A stretch of DNA of 50,637 bases, from NCBI GenBank assembly GCA_022450005.1, contig JAKURE010000004.1, forward strand, positions 1 through 50,637, given 5' to 3'. Shown here one piece after another: positions 17,137 through 28,807 of the stretch. Both the position numbers and the translations under genes were made by a program. This DNA is from Halobacteriales archaeon (lineage in GTDB: Archaea > Halobacteriota > Halobacteria > Halobacteriales > Hikarchaeaceae). Within the stretch, counting starts at the first letter, position 1; the number at the start of each line of letters is the position of its first letter. Below the pieces are notes generated by a model that saw nothing but the letters and a program-made list of their open reading frames with translations, searched no databases and was not told the origin of the DNA.

Positions 17137-18717
17137 ATGAAGGTCATAGTAGCAGAACCTATCGACAACTCTGGCTTAGATACTCTCAAAGAAGCTGGTC
17201 ACGAAGTGGAATTGGCATACGATTCCACCGAAACAGAACTTTTAGATATGGTTAAAAACGCTAGTGGACTCGTAGTTAGATCTGGTACTTCTGTTAATAG
17301 AACCTTAATCGAGGCTGCACCAAATCTTATCATCATTGGGCGTGCTGGGGTTGGGATAGATAATATCGACCTGGACGCTGCTTCTGATAATGGTGTTATT
17401 GTTGTGAATGCACCAGAAGGAAACATACGTGCTGCAGCTGAGCACACCGTTGCAATGACATTTGCAATAGCGAGAAAAATTCCCCAAGCTCATATCTCCC
17501 TTAACGATGGAAAATGGGAGAAGAAAAATTTCATTGGGTTGGAACTTGATGGAAAAACTGCAGGAATAGTAGGACTCGGGCGAGTGGGCCAAGAAGTAGC
17601 CAAGAGATTTCTTTCACTTGGAATGAATATTGTGGCATTCGATCCTTATATTTCTCAAGATCGAGCAGACCAACTTGGTATCACCCTAATGGATCTTCCC
17701 ACTTGTATGGACCACGCAGACGTCCTTACAATTCACACTCCACTCACTCCTGAAACAAAAGATCTCATCGGAAAGGAAGAACTCACAAAATTAAAAGGTG
17801 GTTATCTGATCAACTGCGCACGGGGTGGCATAGTAAATGAGCCTGCATTAGCAGAAGCGATATCAGATGGTGTCCTCGCAGGCGCTGCTATAGACGTTTT
17901 TTCTGAAGAACCCGTTTCTCCTGACAATCCTCTTCTTGGATTGCAAAATGTTATTGTCACCCCCCATCTCGGAGCGAGCACAGAAGCTGCACAAGAAAAT
18001 GTTTCTCTCGATATAGCAAAACAGATAATCGCAGCATTAGATGGAAGCCCTGTTGAAAACTCTCTTAACTCTCCCTCCATCGACGAGGCAACTTTCTCAA
18101 AAATATCTCCCTATCTAGGCCTCATGGAAACTGCAGGAAACCTCGCTGTTCAATTACTCGAAAATCCTGTTAATTCCATTGAATTAACCTATTCTGGAGA
18201 GATTGCATCTTTAGATATCAGTCTTGTCACGGCAAGTGCACTCAAAGGTGTTTTTACCTCACTTGGGTGGCGAATTAACTCTGTAAATGCTCTCCGGGTG
18301 GCCCAAGAACGTGGGGTAAATATTCAAGAGAACAAACACCCTCATATAGATGGTTTTCAAAGTTTAGTATCTGTCACTCTCCGAAGCGAAACTAAATCTA
18401 TATGCATAGAAGGCACCGTCTTTGCCAATAACGACCCCCGAATTGTCAGCATAGATGGCTTCCGAGTCGACGCAATTCCCTCTGGCCATATGCTCATATC
18501 TCGAAATCTAGACCGTCCTGGAGTTATCGGATTCATAGGTACAATCCTGGGTGAACATACAATAAATATTGGGGCGATGTTTAACTCTAGAGAAAATATT
18601 GGTGGCGGAGCACTCACTGTGTATAACATCGACGACCCCATCTCCGAAGACCTTCGAAACCAATTGATATCTGACGACCGTATCACTGATATCTATTACA
18701 TCTCTCTAAACGGATGA
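17137..18717 (+). CDS. serA: D-3-phosphoglycerate dehydrogenase (long form)
   Basis: GRAGVGIDNID, GLGRVG, INCARGG, TPHLGAST, C-terminal ACT-like domain. Confidence 0.96.
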   Translation: MKVIVAEPIDNSGLDTLKEAGHEVELAYDSTETELLDMVKNASGLVVRSGTSVNRTLIEAAPNLIIIGRAGVGIDNIDLDAASDNGVIVVNAPEGNIRAAAEHTVAMTFAIARKIPQAHISLNDGKWEKKNFIGLELDGKTAGIVGLGRVGQEVAKRFLSLGMNIVAFDPYISQDRADQLGITLMDLPTCMDHADVLTIHTPLTPETKDLIGKEELTKLKGGYLINCARGGIVNEPALAEAISDGVLAGAAIDVFSEEPVSPDNPLLGLQNVIVTPHLGASTEAAQENVSLDIAKQIIAALDGSPVENSLNSPSIDEATFSKISPYLGLMETAGNLAVQLLENPVNSIELTYSGEIASLDISLVTASALKGVFTSLGWRINSVNALRVAQERGVNIQENKHPHIDGFQSLVSVTLRSETKSICIEGTVFANNDPRIVSIDGFRVDAIPSGHMLISRNLDRPGVIGFIGTILGEHTINIGAMFNSRENIGGGALTVYNIDDPISEDLRNQLISDDRITDIYYISLNG

Positions 18718-18726
18718 AAAATACTT

Positions 18727-19992
18727 TCAGTTTAAAATAGCTTGCATAACATCTTCCACACTTGCGGGAATTTCTTTTGGAGCCTCCCTAGCAAAACTTG
18801 CTGCATCTGGATCTTTTAGTAATATTCCTGTGGCCAAACAGACAACATACTCTTCTTTTCTAACTATACCCTCTAAACGCAGTTTCCTTAAACCCGCAAC
18901 CGAAGCAGCAGAAGCAGGTTCCACTCCAATTCCTTCTTCTGCCAATTCACATTGAGCTGCTAATATTTCCTCATCTGAAACAGTTATCGCAGTCCCCCCT
19001 GTCTCCAGTATTGCTGGAATGGCTTTCGGAGCGTTTACCGGATTTCCAATCCTAATCGCTGTCGCCTTTGTTTCTACATTTTCCCATCTTTGAATGTGAC
19101 TAGCATTACTGTTTATTGCTTCAACAATAGGCGCTGCACCTTCTGCTTGTATAGCTGTGATTTTTGGTACATCTTCCACTTTAAGAGCCCCACTAGCCAC
19201 TAATTCTCTAAAACCTTTGTACAGTGCTGCCGTATTTCCTGCATTACCCACTGGTAATATAATTCTATCTGGATATCTGCCCACTTCTTCTAGCGATTGC
19301 TCGAGTATTTCAAATCCAATAGTTTTCTGACCTTCTAATCGAAATGGGTTTACAGAGTTCAATAAATAAACCTCACCCTCATCTGCCAACTTGGTCACAA
19401 TATCAAGACATTCATCAAAATTCCCGTCTAATTGTAATATTTTTGCACCATGCAAACTTGCTTGAGCAACCTTGCCCATCGCAACCTTACCTGCGGGAAG
19501 CAATACGATTACTTCCAAACCAGCCCTCGACCCATAAGCTGCCAGAGAGGCGCTAGTATTTCCGGTCGAAGCACAGGCCAATCTTTTTACACCCAATTCT
19601 TGAACTACTCGGACACCCACCGTCATTCCCCTATCTTTGAAGCTCCCTGTTGGATTCATCCCCTCATGTTTAATTCTTAAAGCCTCTACTCCTACGTCGG
19701 ATTCTATTCTAGGCACTGTGTACAACGGAGTGTTTCCCTCCTTTATGCTAACTCCCATTTCAAATGGTAATGACGCCTTGTACCTCCAAACACCACTCCC
19801 TGAAAAATCTTCAAACGTCGGGAGATTTTCATATCTTACTTCCAATAGTCCTCCACATTTTTGACATCTATATATCACAAAATCGAATGGGGGGTATGCC
19901 TTTCCACATTCAATACAAGTTAACCAGACATCCCCTTTAATGGAACTAGGTTTATTTTGTCCAATACCTTCGATTGTTAGGTCTACCATCAA
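18727..19992 (-). CDS. thrC: Threonine synthase
   Basis: N-terminal CxxC...CxxC, NPTGSFKDRG, CASTGNTS, PVGNAGN. Confidence 0.95.
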   Translation of the reverse strand: MMVDLTIEGIGQNKPSSIKGDVWLTCIECGKAYPPFDFVIYRCQKCGGLLEVRYENLPTFEDFSGSGVWRYKASLPFEMGVSIKEGNTPLYTVPRIESDVGVEALRIKHEGMNPTGSFKDRGMTVGVRVVQELGVKRLACASTGNTSASLAAYGSRAGLEVIVLLPAGKVAMGKVAQASLHGAKILQLDGNFDECLDIVTKLADEGEVYLLNSVNPFRLEGQKTIGFEILEQSLEEVGRYPDRIILPVGNAGNTAALYKGFRELVASGALKVEDVPKITAIQAEGAAPIVEAINSNASHIQRWENVETKATAIRIGNPVNAPKAIPAILETGGTAITVSDEEILAAQCELAEEGIGVEPASAASVAGLRKLRLEGIVRKEEYVVCLATGILLKDPDAASFAREAPKEIPASVEDVMQAILN

Positions 19993-20104
19993 TAATTCTC
20001 AAATGGTGTCTGTGGTCAAAAAAGAAGTGGTCTATACGATCTAACAATCTAACCCCCTGGCCCATCAAGATAGTTTCAAAAACCTCGGAAACATATCTCT
20101 TATA

Positions 20105-21832
20105 ATGGATAGAAATGATATCCTTTCTTGGACATCCGACTTCCCCGCAAAACCGGGTGTATATTTATTTTATTCCCAAGATTTTCCAATCTATATCGGA
20201 AAAGCAGTTAACCTCCGTTCACGAATCCGATCCTATACTGATCCTAGATCTCCTCGAATCCAACAAATGGTGCAGAAAGCAGATCGAATTGATATCTCTA
20301 TAACCAACACAGAAACCCAGGCGTTACTGCTAGAAGCAAATCTAATCAAACGCCATGCTCCCAAATACAACGTCCGTTTGCGAGACGACAAATCTTACCC
20401 TCTCATTCAAATTTCTAACCATGCCTTCCCCCGTATAGAAGTAACCCGGGATCCCGATACTAAAGCAAAAGTATATGGGCCTTTCACCGACCGGAAAAAA
20501 GTGAATGAAACAGTCAAAGCAATACGAGAAACTTTTGGAATTAGGGGATGTTCTGACCACAAATTTTCAGGTAGATCCCGTCCCTGTCTGGATTACGACC
20601 TTGGTTTGTGCACCGCCCCTTGTGTTGATTATATATCTCAAGACCAATACCTAGTGGATATTTCATCCACAGAAGCATTCTTTCACGGAGCAACCGGAAC
20701 TTTACTCGAACCTCTATTGGAAAAAATGGAATCCTCCGCAACCAACCAACAATACGAACAAGCGGCCACTCTTCGAGATCGAATAGATGCAGTCCGAGGA
20801 CTCCATGGAGGCGGAGATGCCGTTCAAAAACATGGGGAATCAAAAACAACTGATGTTCTTGCAGTTTCTATAGAAGGTACTCATTCTATCGTTTCTCGTT
20901 TTCATATTGAAAAAGGAATGCTACTCGACCGTGAACAACATTTACTCGATACCCCTGATCACTCAACACCCGAAACAGTACTCTCAGCTTTCATATCTCA
21001 ATATTATGCAGATAGAATTCTGCCCAACAATTTAGTCTTATCTGACCGACCCAACGACTCTGAAATTTATACTTGGCTAGATTTAGAACATGTCGAAATA
21101 TCCACCCCAACCACCGGAAGAGAAGCCGTTTTAGTCGAAATGGCACTCAAAAACGCCCGTCAAAATTTTGTTTCCACCGATGCCATTCTTGCACTTCAAA
21201 ATTCTCTTTCAATTTCAAAAGCAACCCGAATAGAGGCTTTCGATATAAGCCATTCTACTGGAGAAGATGTAGTCGGAAGCAATGTCGTCTTCGTAGACGG
21301 TTACCCCGAAAAATCTTCTTACAGACGACTTAAGCTCAACGAAACCAACGACGATTACTCTAACATGTATGATCTTCTCGCCTGGAGGGCAGACCGTTCC
21401 ATCTCTGGAACAGATTCACGTCCAGATCCCGATTTACTCATAGTCGATGGAGGTCCAGGCCAACTGAACGCAGCTTTAAAAGCCCTTTCTGATCTAAAAT
21501 GGGATGTACCTGTTATCGCACTTAAAAAACCAAATGATATGGTCATAACCCCCACTGGAAATCAAACTTGGCCATCAAACGCTTCTCATTTACATCTGGT
21601 CCAACGCATCCGAGATGAAGCACATAGATTTGCTCTCACTTACCACCGCTACTTACGCGACGACGTCACAACAACCCTGGATTCTGTATCTGGAATAGGA
21701 CCCGAACTTAGAAAAAGACTTTTCCAAAATTTTGGATCTATAGATGGAATCCGCCGCGCTTCAGTCGTCGAACTTTGTGGTATTAAAGGAATTGGAAAAC
21801 AAACAGCAATCAAACTTAAAAACCAACTTTAA
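20105..21832 (+). CDS. uvrC: Excinuclease ABC subunit C
   Basis: GIY-YIG (PGVY...YIGKA), EAFDISH, VDGGPGQ, RDEAHRFA, HhH. Confidence 0.97.
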   Translation: MDRNDILSWTSDFPAKPGVYLFYSQDFPIYIGKAVNLRSRIRSYTDPRSPRIQQMVQKADRIDISITNTETQALLLEANLIKRHAPKYNVRLRDDKSYPLIQISNHAFPRIEVTRDPDTKAKVYGPFTDRKKVNETVKAIRETFGIRGCSDHKFSGRSRPCLDYDLGLCTAPCVDYISQDQYLVDISSTEAFFHGATGTLLEPLLEKMESSATNQQYEQAATLRDRIDAVRGLHGGGDAVQKHGESKTTDVLAVSIEGTHSIVSRFHIEKGMLLDREQHLLDTPDHSTPETVLSAFISQYYADRILPNNLVLSDRPNDSEIYTWLDLEHVEISTPTTGREAVLVEMALKNARQNFVSTDAILALQNSLSISKATRIEAFDISHSTGEDVVGSNVVFVDGYPEKSSYRRLKLNETNDDYSNMYDLLAWRADRSISGTDSRPDPDLLIVDGGPGQLNAALKALSDLKWDVPVIALKKPNDMVITPTGNQTWPSNASHLHLVQRIRDEAHRFALTYHRYLRDDVTTTLDSVSGIGPELRKRLFQNFGSIDGIRRASVVELCGIKGIGKQTAIKLKNQL

Positions 21833-21838
21833 TTAGTT

Positions 21839-23845
21839 CTATTCTTCAGGGAGTATCCAATTATCTTCACTTTTAAATTTTTTCTGCAATTCTCTAATTC
21901 TATCCCTAATATCCGCTGCGAGTTCAAACTCAAGATTCTCTGCAGCCTCTCTCATCTTTTCACCTAGAACTTCACATACCTCTAAAGCCTCACCATAATC
22001 TTTTGGCTGTGCCTTCCCAATGCCACCTGTATTCGTTCGCATACCCGGTAAACCCGAATCCCCAACCGGCTTTTCAATCGATTTAGGAACATGCCCATAT
22101 TCCCTATTAAAAGCTTCCTGTGTCGCACGCCTACGTTCGGTCTCAGCCATGGCAGCTTCCATCGACCGAGTAATCCGATCTGCGTACAATACAACCTCTC
22201 CATTTATATTCCGTGCCGCTCGCCCAATTATCTGAATTAGTGCCCGTGTAGAACGTAGGAACCCTTCTTGATCTGCATCTAATACCGCCACCAACGAGAC
22301 TTCTGGAAGATCAAGTCCTTCTCTTAACAGATTAATTCCAACTAATATGTCAAACTCCCCCAACCGCAAACCCCGAATTAATTCATATCTCTCCAATGTT
22401 TTTGTCTCACTGTGCATATATTCTGCATCAAAACCGGCCCCAACTAAATACTCTGTTAGATCTTCGGCCATTCGTTTCGTCAATGTCGTCACTAAAACCC
22501 TTTCCCCACCCTCAATTTTCAAACGAATTCTCTCCATCAAATCATCTATTTGATTTTTAGCAGGCATAACTACTATTTCGGGATCAACCAAATACGTCGG
22601 CCTTACTATTTGTTCTACGATCTGATCTGAAACTTCCAATTCGTAATCTCCTGGGGTGGCAGACATATAGAGAGTTCGAGTATCTATACTTTCAAATTCT
22701 TCAAATGTCAACGGGCGATTATCATAAGCAGTAGGCAATCGAAATCCATTTTCCACTAGTGCCTCTTTCCGTGATCGATCCGCTGCAAATTGTCCCCGGA
22801 TTTGGGGCAACATTTGATGCGATTCGTCTACGACAATCAAAAATTCTTCTGGGAAGTAATCAATCAAAGTATATGGGGAATCCCCTGAAACCCGATTAGA
22901 AAGATGCACCGAGTAGTTTTCTATCCCTGGAACATGACCCATTTCCCTCAACATTTCAACATCGAACCTAGTCCTGTCTTCTATCCTCTGAGCAGCAACC
23001 AAATCTCCTCTCCGTTCAAAATATTTTATCTGCTCTTCCATTAGAGATTCAATTTCTGAAATAGCATTGTCCAATCTTTCCATCGGAATAGAATAGTGCT
23101 CGGCAGGGTGAATCAAGACCACAATATCTTCTCCTTTTAACTTTCCCTCTAGTGGATCAAACCTAGTTATTCTCTCAATTCGATCGCCCCAAAACTCAAT
23201 TCGTATTGAGTATTGCCCATAAATAGGATATATCTCAATCGTATCTCCTCTGACTCTAAATTTCCCATGAGAAAAATCAATATCATTTCGCCGATAGTTT
23301 AGATTGACTAGATCTCGAACCACTTCATCTCTATCAATCTTCTGCCCTTTTGATAATCTAATGGCCATGTCCTCATAATCTGCAGGATCTCCCAAGCCGT
23401 ATATTGCAGAAACAGAAGCCACTACGATAACGTCCTTCCTGGTTAATAGAGAATGGGTTGCAGAATGACGGAGGCGCTCTATTTGTTCATTTATCGACGC
23501 ATCTTTTCCGATATATGTGTCCGTCTGTTCTATATATGCTTCCGGTTGATAGTAATCGTAATGCGAAACAAAATATTCCACTGCATTATCTGGAAACAAT
23601 GTTCTAAATTCTTCGTATAGTTGTGCAGCAAGTGTTTTATTGTGGGTAATAACTAGAGTTGGAATCCCTAACTTTTCAATTGCCCACGAAACTGTGTTTG
23701 TTTTACCCGAACCTGTTACTCCTAACAATATTTGACGTTTCATTCCCTCTTGGAATCCCTTCACAACATTCTCTATGGCATTTGGCTGATCCCCCGCGGG
23801 ATCAAACCCGGCATCCACACGAAATTCATTCCCATCCAGCCCCAT
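21839..23845 (-). CDS. uvrB: Excinuclease ABC subunit B
   Basis: [35 protein letters not shown]-terminal UVR domain. Confidence 0.97.
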   Translation of the reverse strand: MGLDGNEFRVDAGFDPAGDQPNAIENVVKGFQEGMKRQILLGVTGSGKTNTVSWAIEKLGIPTLVITHNKTLAAQLYEEFRTLFPDNAVEYFVSHYDYYQPEAYIEQTDTYIGKDASINEQIERLRHSATHSLLTRKDVIVVASVSAIYGLGDPADYEDMAIRLSKGQKIDRDEVVRDLVNLNYRRNDIDFSHGKFRVRGDTIEIYPIYGQYSIRIEFWGDRIERITRFDPLEGKLKGEDIVVLIHPAEHYSIPMERLDNAISEIESLMEEQIKYFERRGDLVAAQRIEDRTRFDVEMLREMGHVPGIENYSVHLSNRVSGDSPYTLIDYFPEEFLIVVDESHQMLPQIRGQFAADRSRKEALVENGFRLPTAYDNRPLTFEEFESIDTRTLYMSATPGDYELEVSDQIVEQIVRPTYLVDPEIVVMPAKNQIDDLMERIRLKIEGGERVLVTTLTKRMAEDLTEYLVGAGFDAEYMHSETKTLERYELIRGLRLGEFDILVGINLLREGLDLPEVSLVAVLDADQEGFLRSTRALIQIIGRAARNINGEVVLYADRITRSMEAAMAETERRRATQEAFNREYGHVPKSIEKPVGDSGLPGMRTNTGGIGKAQPKDYGEALEVCEVLGEKMREAAENLEFELAADIRDRIRELQKKFKSEDNWILPEE

Positions 23846-23908
23846 TATCTCACGCTAGCAACTGTAACTATTTCAGACAAACGTTATTCCACTTGATCTA
23901 CTATTTTT

Positions 23909-24124
23909 TCAAACCCATTCTTTCAATACGATGGAATCAAACATAGAAGCACATATCCAAGCCCCATCTTCTGTAATATCTGCTATTATGAGGTTTGGAG
24001 TCTTCCCATCCATGTCAATAGAAGCCATGACCTCGTGGCCATCTCTGCTTCTTGATACTCCTACCATATCGTGCGAATTGCTGTCATTTAACATAAACCC
24101 GTCGAAATACTTTTCGTCACCCAC
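23909..24124 (-). CDS. Small hypothetical protein (haloarchaeal-type; start uncertain)
   Basis: EVMASID...LIIADITEDGAWI resembles a conserved haloarchaeal small-protein family. Confidence 0.55.
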   Translation of the reverse strand: MGDEKYFDGFMLNDSNSHDMVGVSRSRDGHEVMASIDMDGKTPNLIIADITEDGAWICASMFDSIVLKEWV

Positions 24125-24157
24125 CTTTCACAAGCTAAAAGACAGTAATTAAAATCC

Positions 24158-25891
24158 ATGACCAATATAGATGTCCTAAATGAGCTGGCAAAACGCAGGG
24201 GATTCTTTTTTTCTGCAAATGATTCTTATGGTGGATTGGCAGGATTTTACGCGTATGGTCCTATGGGTGCCGCATTAAAAAGTAATATTGAAAATTCTTG
24301 GAGAACGAAATTCGTTATTGGAGAAGGTCACTTTGAAATTTCAACCCCCACCATCTCCCCTTCTCCTGTATTCAAAGCATCGGGACATTTAGATGGATTC
24401 GATGATCTTCTTATAACTTGCTCAACATGCGAAATATCCTATCGAGCTGACCATTTACTTGAGAGTCAACACACACTTCTTCAGTCCTCAGATGTTTCTG
24501 CTAAGGAGTTCAAAAAACTCCTCTCTAAGTATTCCCTCACTTGCCCCTCTTGTAAAAATACCTTGGACGATTCAACCTTGCAGGAATTCAATCTCATGTT
24601 CGCCACAAAAGTTGGACCAGGTTCTCAAACCCCTGGATATCTCCGCCCCGAGACTGCACAAGGAATTTTTGTTGAATTTCCAAGACTATCTGATTATGCG
24701 CGTGGAAAATTACCATTTGGAGTAGCCCAAATTGGAACTTCTTATCGAAACGAAATTAGCCCCAGAAAGGGACTCACCCGCTTGAGGGAATTCACACAAG
24801 CAGAATTAGAACTATTCATTCACCCCACTGACCTTGGCCCAGAAATTACTCCAACAACTACTAAACTTCCTCTCTATTCCGTTTCTCAACAAGAATCAAA
24901 TGGGAATATCGAATTTGTAACACCCATCGAAGCAATAGATCAAAACATAATTGAAAATCGATGGCTAGCCTATTATTTAGAACTCTCTACCAATTGGTAT
25001 GATTCCATTGGCATTGACCTCACTCGATTCCGGTACCGACAGCATATGCCCAGTGAATTAGCACATTATGCATCAGACTGTTGGGATGCTGAAGTAGAAA
25101 TTGATGGGGATTGGATCGAAATAACTGGATTCGCACATCGTGGAAATTATGACCTTTCTAAACACAACACCCATTCATCAGCTGATTTTACGATGTTTAT
25201 TCCTCTCGATGAACCCCAGGAGAAACTACAAACTAATCTAAACCCAGACATGGGTTACTTCGGACCAACTTTCGGAAAATTAACCCCCGAAATACTATCT
25301 AAAATAGATGAAATGGCATCGGAAGATTCCACTATTTTTGATTCCCCTGAATTATCTGTAGAAATCGATGGAACTACACATTCCATTCCTTCAGAATATC
25401 TTCATCCTACAACAGAAAAAATCACCGTGACCGGTGAACGCATACTACCTCATGTGATAGAACCATCATTTGGCATTGATAGAATTATCTACTCTATACT
25501 TGCCCACACTTTCCATGAAGATACGATAGATGGTGAGGTACGATCCTTACTTTCTCTCCCCTCTTCAATCTCCCCAATTTTTGTGGGCGTATTCCCACTA
25601 CTAACCCGCGATGATTTAGATACGGTCTCACAAGATATAGCTTCCAATCTCCGTACAAGTGGCCTCTCTGTCCTTTACGACGAGTCCGGTAGTATCGGAA
25701 AACGTTACCGCCGCCAAGATGAGGTTGGAACTCCTTTTTGTGTCACCGTTGATCACCAATATTTTGAAGACCAAACCGTGACCCTTAGAGAACGAAATTC
25801 AGCGATGCAAATAAGGATCGATGTTGATTCTCTGTCTACAATATTGGAAAGTCTTCGAAATGGATCTTCTATCTTTTCTGATCTTAAATAA
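24158..25891 (+). CDS. glyS: Glycine--tRNA ligase (archaeal/eukaryal type)
   Basis: LAKRRGFF, YLRPETAQGIF, RNEISPR, REFTQAE, IEPSFGIDR, GKRYRRQDEVGTP. Confidence 0.97.
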   Translation: MTNIDVLNELAKRRGFFFSANDSYGGLAGFYAYGPMGAALKSNIENSWRTKFVIGEGHFEISTPTISPSPVFKASGHLDGFDDLLITCSTCEISYRADHLLESQHTLLQSSDVSAKEFKKLLSKYSLTCPSCKNTLDDSTLQEFNLMFATKVGPGSQTPGYLRPETAQGIFVEFPRLSDYARGKLPFGVAQIGTSYRNEISPRKGLTRLREFTQAELELFIHPTDLGPEITPTTTKLPLYSVSQQESNGNIEFVTPIEAIDQNIIENRWLAYYLELSTNWYDSIGIDLTRFRYRQHMPSELAHYASDCWDAEVEIDGDWIEITGFAHRGNYDLSKHNTHSSADFTMFIPLDEPQEKLQTNLNPDMGYFGPTFGKLTPEILSKIDEMASEDSTIFDSPELSVEIDGTTHSIPSEYLHPTTEKITVTGERILPHVIEPSFGIDRIIYSILAHTFHEDTIDGEVRSLLSLPSSISPIFVGVFPLLTRDDLDTVSQDIASNLRTSGLSVLYDESGSIGKRYRRQDEVGTPFCVTVDHQYFEDQTVTLRERNSAMQIRIDVDSLSTILESLRNGSSIFSDLK

Positions 25892-25944
25892 TCCCAACGA
25901 ATACCTTAACACCACAGGTTTCGAATTTACAAATTGAATTGGTG

Positions 25945-28221
25945 ATGCAAGAAGAGAATTCAGTTAGTGTTCAACACCCACTCATACGTCCGGGCACTCT
26001 CGAATCGAGACCGTATCAATTAAAACTCGCCGAAAAATCACTTTCTGAAAATACTCTGGTTTGCTTACCAACCGGTCTCGGAAAAACTGCAATTAGTCTA
26101 TTAGTAACTGCCCATCGACTAAATCAAAATGGAGGAAAATCTTTGCTCCTTGCCCCCACAAAACCACTCGTAAATCAACATACAAACGATTACCGAAACT
26201 GGCTGAATTTATCTACATCTGATATTGTATCTTTCACTGGAGAAATACCCCCTAAACAACGCAGTGAGTTGTGGGAGCACGCCACTGTTATCGTATCAAC
26301 TCCCCAGGTTATCCAAAACGATCTAATCAGCGGGAGAATTTCACTCAAAGATGTAGTTCACTGCACCTTCGATGAATGCCATAGAGCAACTGGAAACTAT
26401 GCCTACACTTATATTTCAGAACGATATGTTTCCGATGCATCAAATCCTCTTTCCACTGGTCTTTCTGCATCTCCTGGAAATGATGTTGAGTCCATTCTCG
26501 CCGTTTGCAATAATCTCTCCCTTTCAAAAACTGAGATACTCACAGAAGAGGACCCCGAAGTTGCTCCTTTTGCTGGAAAAACCAATATTGAATGGGTCCG
26601 AGTGAACCTATCTTCGGAGGCAATAGAAATTAGAAACTTACTCCGTAGCCTACTGAAAAAACGTCTCTCTCGAATGAAAGCTATCGGAATTTCAGTCCCT
26701 TCTTCAAATAGTTTATCCGAGAGCGATCTCCGAAAACTTAGATCCCAAATTCAATCTCAAATCGACGCAGGGAATGGAGATGGTTACGAAGCCCTTTCTC
26801 TCCATGCAGAACTTAGAAAAATAAAAGTCGGAATCAACTACGTAGAAACCCAAAGTGTAGATGCATTAAACCAATACCTTGAACGTCAAAAGAATGCATC
26901 CCGAACATCTGGGGCTTCGAAAGCAGCTCAAAGATTTATATCCGACCCATTAACTCAACAAGCAAAACACCTATCAAAAAAACATCAAGGACTTCACCCA
27001 AAATTTGAAACTACCCGTGTCCTAATCGCAGAGGAACTCGGAATTTCCGGCGGTGTACGTGTTATTGTTTTCACCGAATCACGAGATACTGCAGATTCCC
27101 TCACTGAATTTTTATCCCCCGTTTTTTTGACAGAACGATTTGTTGGGCAAACTACTAGGGACGGATCCACTGGAATGACACAAAAACAGCAACACGAAAC
27201 AATCTCTAAATTTAAGAACGGGGATTTCAACGTTTTAGTTTCAACTTCCGTCGCCGAAGAGGGCCTAGATATTCCTGACGTAGATCTAGTCATTTTCTTT
27301 GAACCTGTCCCCACAGCAATTCGGACCATACAACGCCGAGGTAGAACTGGGAGAGGGACTCGCGGAAAAGTAATTGTTATTATAGCAAACGACACTCGTG
27401 ATGAAACTTATTTTTGGATTTCTCGAAAAAGAGAACAACAAATGCACAACGAACTGAGGTCTTTAAGATCTTCCATTGCAAAATTAGACACCAAATTGCC
27501 CCCCATAAATCCCCCTCTTCATCCCCAACCAACGCTCACAGATTTTGCTACCACCGATGCCCCATCTGATATCGAAATCATCATCGATCAAAGGGAGCTA
27601 AACTCTTCAATAACCAAACAATTAGCTTCCAACGAAAATATACAAATTAAGCTAGAAACCCTCTCAGTGGGGGACTATATACTCTCTGACCGTGTTGCAG
27701 TCGAACGAAAAACAATCGATGATTTCCTAGATACACTTGTTGGGGCCGACCGATCCTTATTTGATCAAGTGAAAAACCTATCTCAAAACTACTCCCGCCC
27801 ACTCGTTATCATAGAAGGGGAGGGATCTTTATACTCTAAACGAAATATACATCCCAACGCAATCAGAGGGGCTCTGGCCTCCCTCGCAATAAATTTCGGA
27901 GCTAGTGTATTAAGAACATCCGACGAAGACGACACTGCACAAATGCTTGAACTAATCGCACGCAGAGAACAAATTTCCACAGGGAGATCTATACAGATTC
28001 ACGGGTCAAAATCCCAAAAAACCCTCTCCGAACAACAAGAATATGTAGTTTCTTCAATGGCAGAAATAGGCCCGATAACCGCCCAACTATTGTTATCTCA
28101 CTTCGGCACTGTCGAAGCTATTATGTCAGCTAGCGAAGACCAACTCCAACAAGTAAAAGGAGTTGGAAAAATAACAGCAGAACGTATTAAGAAAATCACT
28201 TCTTCTTCTTATTCTCCGTAA
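25945..28221 (+). CDS. hef: Hef: DEAH helicase fused to ERCC4/XPF nuclease
   Basis: PTGLGKT, DECH, EEGLDIP, QRRGRTGR; GDY..S..VAVERK nuclease motif; HhH. Confidence 0.93.
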   Translation: MQEENSVSVQHPLIRPGTLESRPYQLKLAEKSLSENTLVCLPTGLGKTAISLLVTAHRLNQNGGKSLLLAPTKPLVNQHTNDYRNWLNLSTSDIVSFTGEIPPKQRSELWEHATVIVSTPQVIQNDLISGRISLKDVVHCTFDECHRATGNYAYTYISERYVSDASNPLSTGLSASPGNDVESILAVCNNLSLSKTEILTEEDPEVAPFAGKTNIEWVRVNLSSEAIEIRNLLRSLLKKRLSRMKAIGISVPSSNSLSESDLRKLRSQIQSQIDAGNGDGYEALSLHAELRKIKVGINYVETQSVDALNQYLERQKNASRTSGASKAAQRFISDPLTQQAKHLSKKHQGLHPKFETTRVLIAEELGISGGVRVIVFTESRDTADSLTEFLSPVFLTERFVGQTTRDGSTGMTQKQQHETISKFKNGDFNVLVSTSVAEEGLDIPDVDLVIFFEPVPTAIRTIQRRGRTGRGTRGKVIVIIANDTRDETYFWISRKREQQMHNELRSLRSSIAKLDTKLPPINPPLHPQPTLTDFATTDAPSDIEIIIDQRELNSSITKQLASNENIQIKLETLSVGDYILSDRVAVERKTIDDFLDTLVGADRSLFDQVKNLSQNYSRPLVIIEGEGSLYSKRNIHPNAIRGALASLAINFGASVLRTSDEDDTAQMLELIARREQISTGRSIQIHGSKSQKTLSEQQEYVVSSMAEIGPITAQLLLSHFGTVEAIMSASEDQLQQVKGVGKITAERIKKITSSSYSP

Positions 28222-28294
28222 CATTTCGACCATTTACCATGGGTTGTATTTGAGTCGCCGCTACACATATGCCCAACCAGACCCACTATCTTTC

Positions 28295-28678
28295 ATGGTA
28301 ACTGTAATAGCCATGCAAATAGTAGGCGCAGTCTGCGTCATTATCGGAATAGTAATGAATATCGATCCAGTCGGCTTCAACGAGAGAATAATGGGTAAGG
28401 TTGTCAAATCAGCCGTTAAACCGCTTGCCGGCCTGAGGCTCCCACTCGGAGGCAGTCTCATGGCCATTGGTATTATCAATCTCTACTGTAGTTTGACGAT
28501 AACGAGCGGCGATGCGCTGAAATCTATCCTTCTGGCAACTGCAATTGGGGCAATAGTTATAGCGGCTACTGTCATTTCTGCAAAACTCCGTGGTTTCAGT
28601 GATGGAATCCCACCAATTCCAATTGCCGTGTTAAGCATTCTGACAGCCATTTGCCTCTATGCCTCATTGATCGCATAG
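28295..28678 (+). CDS. Hypothetical membrane protein (about 4 TM)
   Basis: Hydrophobic ORF; ATG 28295 preferred over TTG 28244. Confidence 0.6.
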   Translation: MVTVIAMQIVGAVCVIIGIVMNIDPVGFNERIMGKVVKSAVKPLAGLRLPLGGSLMAIGIINLYCSLTITSGDALKSILLATAIGAIVIAATVISAKLRGFSDGIPPIPIAVLSILTAICLYASLIA

Positions 28679-28807
28679 CCCGAATATACACTACTCCAAA
28701 CGAGGTAGTGACGGGATCAAGATCTTGTAGGCCAACTTTTGCGATCTATTATAAAATTTCTAATAGTGGACAACAGATATCTATTGCAATATGTCCCTTT
28801 ATTAGTT

